Shown: positions 57,628 to 64,000 of the stretch, in pieces | Layout: every line of letters starts with the position of its first letter | How positions within the stretch are numbered: position 1 is the first letter of the stretch | Assembly: GCA_963812135.1 (NCBI GenBank) | Contig: CAWETU010000001.1 | Span: 96,001 to 160,000 of the forward strand | DNA from: Vulcanimicrobiota bacterium | Lineage (GTDB): Bacteria; Vulcanimicrobiota; Vulcanimicrobiia; Eremiobacterales; Eremiobacteraceae | Length of the DNA stretch: 64,000 nt | Reading direction: 5' to 3' | Position numbers and translations under genes: made by a program | Notes under the pieces: generated by a model | Seen by the model: the letters and a program-made list of their open reading frames with translations, nothing else | Database searches by the model: none | Told to the model about the DNA's origin: nothing

Positions 57628-60600
57628 GCGCCGAAGGATACGCCGGCGCTGTCGACGTGGTATCCGCTCGTACTAAGCGTAATTTGAACGTTTCCGTTCA
57701 CCGAAACGCAGACCACGCAGACGCCGACCGATTCCGCGCCGGTAAACGAGAGCGGCGAGGTGATGAAGTGCAGGTCGACGTCGGCCGATACGCTCGCGAC
57801 CCCGAGGTCGATCGATCCGTGTTGGTGGATTCCCGTCCCAAAGCCGCCGCTTCCGGAAATATACTGCACGTGCGCATCGTCCTCGCCGTCGAACGGACCC
57901 AGTGGTAGATTGGCCTGTCCTTTGAAGTAGAACCCCCACCCCGCTTCGACCACGCCGCTATCGAGGCAGGCGCCGAACGTGCCGTGCGTGTGGCGCCACG
58001 CGCAGACCTCGCCGTCGAGGTCGATGATGAGGATGGGAATTCCCTGTACGCCGACGCCCATGTCCCAGTCACCGTTGTTGTAGAAACTGAATTGACCCTT
58101 CGCAGCAATGTCGTCGACCTGCGTTTTGATCTCGCCTTTGAAATACATGGCGAATCCGCTCGCGTTGTAGGCCGAATCGAATTCCCCGCTCGCTTGGTCC
58201 TTCGAATCGAATTGCACCGAGAGGTCGCCCTCGAAACACCACATGTGCGAGCAATCGTAGTCGCGGTCGGCGAGTTTGCTCGTGCCGCCGAGCTGTTGCA
58301 CGAGCGGGTCGGTTAACGAGGTGTCATAGATCACGACGGCGTGACCTTGCAACGTGTTGAGATTTAAGTCGGCACCGAATGCGAGCGCTTCGATACTCCC
58401 GTTCTGCCGCGAGAACGTTGCTTCGCCTTTGATGTTCGCCATACTGACCGAACCGCTCGAACTGTTTCCGTTGCCGCCGGAAACGTTGACGCCGATCTCC
58501 CCTTTCTCGGTTTGGTTGTCCACGTGAAGCCCGAAGGACGCCTTGACGAAGTTTGCCGTAACGATCTGGCCGGAGCCATCCCAGCCGCTGCCGGTATAGG
58601 CGATATCCGCGTTGAGATCGACGACGCCGACGGATTGCGAAACACCGAAGTGATAGCCTGATGGCGGTGCGAAGCCGTTCCCGGTTGCGGTAAGCGTGAG
58701 GATCTGTTGTGCCGCCGTCCACCCGGCGATCGTCCCGCTACCGTTTAGTTGCACCGGCACGTTGCTATTTCCGGTATTCGGAAAACCAAAGGAAAGCGGC
58801 GTGAAGTCGAGGCCGGCGATGCGCGTCGATGCGAGTTGCGAGAGCGGCATCATCTGATTGTTTTGCAGCGTGCCCGTCGATTGAATGATGCCCTGGACGT
58901 GCGGAGCCGGCCCAGTGTAGTTGGGAAGCGTGAGCGTCGCATCGGTGAGTTGAATCGAAGACGTGCCGATCGTTGTCGGCTCGTTGATATGAAGCGAAGC
59001 GTTCCACGCATGCATCGCAACCGTGATACCGGAAGGCACGAAGAGGGCACCGAGCGTTCCGTCCTGTTGCACTTGCTGCACGACGACGGGGATCGTCGCG
59101 TCGATGGGAGCCGGAATCTGCACGACGCCCCAAAACTCGTCTGCGCCACGTCATCGTCGATGATCTCGACGTTGTAGAGTTGCATGTTGAGCGCCCAATT
59201 TCCGTACGCCGAGCGCACGCCGCCCTGCAGCGAAAACAGTCCGCTGTTGCCGGCGTCGTCGGTGTGGGCGAACCCAAAGCCTTGCCCCTTTACGGAAGCA
59301 TCGAATCCCGATGGACTCGTGCTGTACGGCGTCGTGACCTGCCCGCGATCGACGTAGAGCCCAGGAAATGGGAAAGCCGGCGTCGCGACTACGGGGCTGG
59401 CCGGCCCGGTGAAGACGTGTTGTAAGTTCCCGTTCGAAAAGCCGCTGACGACGCCGTGAACGGCACTGCCTTGCGGTACTTGACCGCCGATCTGTGCGAT
59501 GATTCCGGATTGAAAGCGCTCGACGCTGCCGATCACCTCTTGTGGCGGCTGGCTGTAATCGAGCGATGGAATCTGATTCCACAGCGGACTGAGCGAGAGT
59601 TTCTGCATGAACAGCATGAACTCAAATGAAGTGAGATAGCCGTTCTGTCCGCCGGGAACGTAGAGCGAGGCATGATCGGGAGCGATGATATACTTTACGC
59701 TCGTGTACGCCGTGCTTGTCGCCGATGCGACGAGATCGCCGACGTCGGTGAACGAACCGCTAAACGGTCCCGAGGGGTTCGGTCCGATGGAGTGGCCGGG
59801 TACGATATATTGCGGCGCACGGGGTTTTGACGTGCCGGCGAAATGCGAACCGTTCGACGCCTGCTGCGCCGCATTGAAGGCAGCGGCGGATTGTACGGCC
59901 TGTGTTGCGTTCCCACCGAAGCCCACGTAGTGGGGCGGCGGGGTGGGAACCGCCTGACCCGCCGCAAACGAGCCGTTCATCGTCCCGCCGAGAAATGCGG
60001 AGTTCTGCACCCCTAGGATGGCCTGCGAAATCGTGAGCGTGAAGCCACGTGGCGCTCCGACGAAGATCGTTTGGCCGGGGTTGACCACAATCGCGGCGTT
60101 GATGCCGGAGGCGCCCCAGTGCAGTCGTGATCGTCGCCTGCGTCGTTCCGGGCGAAAGTTGCTGAAGAACCGGACCCTGCGCGGGTGCATTGTCGAATGC
60201 CGCGTGTGGATCGCCGTCGCTTGCGCCGAAACGCAGTGCAGCGCTTGCGCGTGCGTCGGTTGGGCGGTGAAGGACGTGTAGCCGAGGCGGTAATTCCCGA
60301 CCGTGTCGCCGGGAACGTCGGTGTCGAATCTCCGTCCTCATCAATCGCGATGTTGTCGAGCTCGAGCAGGAGCTGCCGATCGAAATCGAGCGTGTCGGTG
60401 TTAAACCCGTCGGCTGTGCTGCCGGAGGCGGCGGTCCGACGCCCTCGGGCGCCCAACAGAGAAGCGCGATCGAGGGCGTGCCGACCGGACAGCCGGCTCC
60501 CATGAACGTAAACGTGTAGCCGAAACGCTGGAACGTGCCGATTGATTGGCGAAAACCGTGCCGGGTCGCGCGAGATGATAGTGCTGCGCGCACACGGACC

Positions 60601-61613
60601 GGGCGGTTGCGGCCCCCTCCCGACGAAGCGGACCTTCGAAATGTTTACCCCGGAGGTGGGAATCGCCGTTCCGTTCGTAACGTCACCGACGCTCGTCCCA
60701 AAGAGCTGGGAGAGCGCGCCATCGGGAACGACGGATATTGGCGAACGAAACCGTGAAATACGTGGCGCCGATCGCGCGCCCGGTGCCGGAATAGGTTGCA
60801 GCCGCTTTCGTGTAGTGGATATCTGCACGAGAAAGCCTTGGAATTCAGCGCTGCGAATCTGTACGGTCGGCGTCGGCGTGAAGAATCCCGACCGCGAAAT
60901 CATAGGTGACCGGCGGTAACGACACTGCCGGCGGGACAACACGATCTCGTGCGCGCCGTCGGGCGGAGGCGGCGCAGGGTACGCAAACACAACCGGCGCG
61001 CCGGCCTGCGGTACGCACGTGAAGGGACTGCATCAGCGTGCCGTCGAGAAACCACTGCACGCCGATGGTTCCGGGTGCGCTCAACGTTAGACGTGCGACG
61101 GCCGCGGCACCTTCGTCCCGGTCGCCAGATGGAGATGCGTCAAACCATTGGCCAGCGGAGCTCCGCGCTCAGCAGCTTGCCATTGCCGTCGGAGGCGCGC
61201 TCACAGCGGGGGCGGCAGGCGTAGCAGCGCGCTGGAGCGGCGCCGGGGCCGCCCGCCGACGATGCACGCGCGAGCACAATCGTGACGCTCGCACTGCAGA
61301 CAGTGCGCTCGCCGCGTACACACCCGGTCGCGTAAACGTGGAAGACGCGACCCCCAAAACCGAAGCGCGTCATGACCATCACGATACGGCCGCCGTGCCG
61401 TCGCCGAAGGCAATCGGGACAGCGCTCCCCGCTCGATGCGCGCCGACCGTGCCGCGGCTGCGGAAACCAGGAGGGTGAGGGCGACGGGTGAGCCTGCAAG
61501 CGCGGCGTGCGCGTGGCGACAAGCGTCGATCCGCCTGCTTGGGCGGGCGCGGTGATTGGCGCGCAGAGCGCAATGGCGGCGATGACGAGCAAAACCGCGG
61601 CCGAGAAGCGCAT
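57603..61613 (-). CDS. Very large secreted beta-rich protein, heavily frameshifted (possibly a pseudogene)
   Basis: Signal peptide MRFSAAVLL at 61613, coding-like fragments in successive frames (61140, 60845, 60013, 58850, 57603) and a Gly/aromatic strand-rich C-terminus ending GACGVCGWL. Confidence 0.6.
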
Positions 61614-61750
61614 GCTTTCTCCGTTGTGCCCAACCGGCTTTCGGTAACAAAGAAACGCTCCCCTGGAGAAGGGCTCGATGCGGGCCAATCAGCTTGCCGT
61701 ATGGTTAACCGAGTGGCTAATGCGCTTCTCTGCGGTACAGGCTACCCTGC

Positions 61751-61797
61751 GCTTCGCATGTAAGGGGTCAGGGGTTCGAGTCCCCTCATCTCCACCA
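61751..61797 (+). repeat. attR-like copy of the tRNA-Ala 3' 47 nt
   Basis: GCTTCGCATGTAAGGGGTCAGGGGTTCGAGTCCCCTCATCTCCACCA, an exact match. Confidence 0.95.
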
Positions 61798-61814
61798 CGC
61801 GGCCGCTGTCTCAC

Positions 61815-62891
61815 TCATTCGTATCCGACCTCGAGTCCCGATGTGATGTAGCTCGTTTCGCATCGATCGTTGGTGAAGGCTCGGAGGTCCTCGTTATCGT
61901 TCCTGATCACGATGCCGTTGTTCGCGGAACCGGAGAGCCAGCCGTTCACCTCATTGGTGAGGTCGATGTCCACCTTAGGCCCCGAGCGCGACAATGCGCC
62001 GTAGAAGTTCCCCTCGATCCATTCCGCGTTAAGCCACCACTGCGCGTTTGCAGTGCCGTAGTGTTGCGCGCACGAGACGACCGGATTGGGGCTCGGGTTG
62101 TCGACCGTGCCGAGCGTCGTCGTTTGTACGGCGAGATGCAAAGTGGCGTAGTCGACGTGATGCCCTTGCAGACCGCTCACGTCAAACCGCATTGCGGTGC
62201 GCCAAATCGTGTTCCAGCCCGCATCGCCGAGGGTTGAGACGTACGTGCTCCGGCGGTAGCCGACGTAGAGATCGTTTTCGGATTGTTGCGTCAGTTGGTC
62301 ACCACCGCTGATGCCGGTGCTATGGATGTTTTGAATCTTCTGCGACCGGTAGCCCTGCGGGTACAGCGTCACCACCGTGACCTGGCGACCGAGATGCTTT
62401 GGCGTGCTCGCGAATGCAGGGTTCATGCAGAGCGGCGTCGTTGGCATGCTTTCGACGCCGTTCAAAACGCCTGTCACGGTGAAACACCCATTGGTTCCGA
62501 CTTTTGCCGGGTCGAGCATTGCGACGCGCTTTTGCGTGCCGCTAGTCTCTGACTCGATGAATTTGCCGAGTTCATATACATTGAAGCCATCAACATTGAC
62601 GCCTGACCAGTCCCAGATCAAGATATACCAGCGGTTTGCCATCGCCGCCGCGCACGCGATGCCGGCAAAACCGCCGCCGGCGTAGGTACGGCATTCGTCG
62701 AGCGAGTCGGTCGTGCGGAGATAAGTCGGCGGCGCCCACTTCACCACAAGGTTCTTCACGCCGAACCTTGGGGTTGGTGTCGGTGTCGGCGTCGGAATCG
62801 TATTCGGAATGACCGCTGCCGTCCCAACCGTGGCGGTTCCGATGAGTGCCGATACGATTAGGGCGGCTATGAGGTAAGCTCGATAGCTCAT
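61815..62891 (-). CDS. Secreted Cys-rich protein, paralog of 7032..8458
   Basis: Signal peptide, PT linker, W.W..VDGF.VY, C.TVT, RFDVSGL..ATLHL and V.GWL. Confidence 0.75.
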   Translation of the reverse strand: MSYRAYLIAALIVSALIGTATVGTAAVIPNTIPTPTPTPTPRFGVKNLVVKWAPPTYLRTTDSLDECRTYAGGGFAGIACAAAMANRWYILIWDWSGVNVDGFNVYELGKFIESETSGTQKRVAMLDPAKVGTNGCFTVTGVLNGVESMPTTPLCMNPAFASTPKHLGRQVTVVTLYPQGYRSQKIQNIHSTGISGGDQLTQQSENDLYVGYRRSTYVSTLGDAGWNTIWRTAMRFDVSGLQGHHVDYATLHLAVQTTTLGTVDNPSPNPVVSCAQHYGTANAQWWLNAEWIEGNFYGALSRSGPKVDIDLTNEVNGWLSGSANNGIVIRNDNEDLRAFTNDRCETSYITSGLEVGYE

Positions 62892-62956
62892 GTCCGTCCC
62901 CTTGTGCGCCTCGCTACCTCCTCAGGGCAAACTCCGATGAAATCATCTCCACTACC

Positions 62957-63433
62957 CTATCTGGGTATCCCGATATTCTCGAAGACGAAGTTGACGTTTG
63001 AAAAACTGCAGCTCGGCCTGCACTTCTTGCCGTCCACAGATCTTGACGTCGGGTTGAAAGCCCCTTGATATGTGGCGGGGGCCTTGTAACCAAGCGGCGC
63101 GCCAGATGGCTTCACGGTCACCTGTCCCCGCGGCACCTGTAGCATCTCAACCGAATAGGCGCAGCTAACCGTGTCGCTTTTGACACTTGCGGTCATCTTG
63201 CCGCCGGTTGTTTTCCCAATGACCTCCATCGCGGGGTTCGCCGCAGGCTCTTCCGCGATGACGCGGAAATTTTGGCACGCATTGGAGTTAAAGCCGTGGG
63301 GCATGAGCGATACCGCAAAACTGATCTTGCCGTTTATACCTTGGGCCGACGCCTCGGTAGGCGTCAATGCAACGAACATGCCAAGCGTCGTGAGCGCGGC
63401 TGTGGCGATGGCAATACGACTGACAGCGATCAT
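62957..63433 (-). CDS. Secreted hypothetical protein
   Basis: AAGGAG Shine-Dalgarno, signal peptide ending ASA, four Cys in the mature part. Confidence 0.65.
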   Translation of the reverse strand: MIAVSRIAIATAALTTLGMFVALTPTEASAQGINGKISFAVSLMPHGFNSNACQNFRVIAEEPAANPAMEVIGKTTGGKMTASVKSDTVSCAYSVEMLQVPRGQVTVKPSGAPLGYKAPATYQGAFNPTSRSVDGKKCRPSCSFSNVNFVFENIGIPR

Positions 63434-63622
63434 GAGGCAACTCCTTTCGCAAGGGGCCAAACGCTGGGATTCCCTCTATGGCCGCTGTATTCGAACCAAA
63501 AGCGAGAGGTCCCCTCATCTCCAAAGGTTTGCGGTAGAGTGAGCAAGCAAGCGGCTCGAGGCTTCCACGTTTGAGCCGACGTGGACCGCGGGTACTTGTG
63601 CTAGTGAACCGAGGGTAACAGT

Positions 63623-64000
63623 ATGCTGATCCGGCCCAACTTTTTCTTCGGCTCGCTGGTGGTTGCGAGCATGCTGGCGCTCATGCGCTGCAACGGCGGC
63701 GGCGGGCCTCTTTGCAATACCGGCACATCCGTGCAACTCGCAAGCCCGACGCAGCAGGGCGGCGTTTCGACGACGATCGGCCGGATCGTCATCGTGGCCG
63801 ATGGCAACGCCAACAACCTCTACAACACCTACAGCCAATGGACCATCACACTCAACGATAACGCAGGACAACCGTGGACCGGCGGAAGCCTCGGGCTTGT
63901 GCCGGATCCTGGCGGACCACACCCGTATCCTTCAGATTTCTTCTACGCGTCGAGCATTCCGACTCTCAGCCCTGGGCGGACGTATACCGCGTCTCTTGGG
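63623..64000 (+). CDS. Lipoprotein-like secreted protein, runs off the window
   Basis: MLIRPNFFFGSLVVASMLALMRCNGGGGPLCNTGTSVQLASP..., open to the end of the window. Confidence 0.6.
   Translation, partial: MLIRPNFFFGSLVVASMLALMRCNGGGGPLCNTGTSVQLASPTQQGGVSTTIGRIVIVADGNANNLYNTYSQWTITLNDNAGQPWTGGSLGLVPDPGGPHPYPSDFFYASSIPTLSPGRTYTASLG

Larger units (their letters stand above)
54986..61797. mobile_element. About 6.8 kb genomic island at tRNA-Ala, no integrase visible
   Basis: Perfect 47-bp direct repeat, 54986..55032 and 61751..61797. Confidence 0.85.

Overview
GC-rich bacterial chromosomal window. Gene style (Cys-rich TonB-dependent receptor, NHL-type lipoproteins, small unknown proteins) suggests Candidatus Eremiobacterota/Vulcanimicrobiota; this is inference only. 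The backbone is housekeeping: eno, ndk, birA, a branched-chain-type 2-oxoacid dehydrogenase operon with lipB-lipA, thiolase and aldehyde dehydrogenase, acpS-nnr-ligA, uvrA/uvrB, prs-rplY-pth, pyrK-D-F-E, thpR, a two-component system and four tRNAs (Val-UAC, Glu-UUC, CAU, Ala-CGC). Many genes, including essential ones, carry single-base frameshifts, most likely long-read errors. The most interesting signals are: (1) an orphan phage/eCIS gp19-type tail-tube gene with an apparent signal peptide and a Cys pair; (2) three loci where the 3' end of a conserved gene (tRNA-Glu twice, lipA, tRNA-Ala) is duplicated downstream of mostly secreted or lipoprotein cargo, with no integrase in the window; (3) GTAG-type REP hairpins placed at stop/start junctions and inside a Tat signal peptide.
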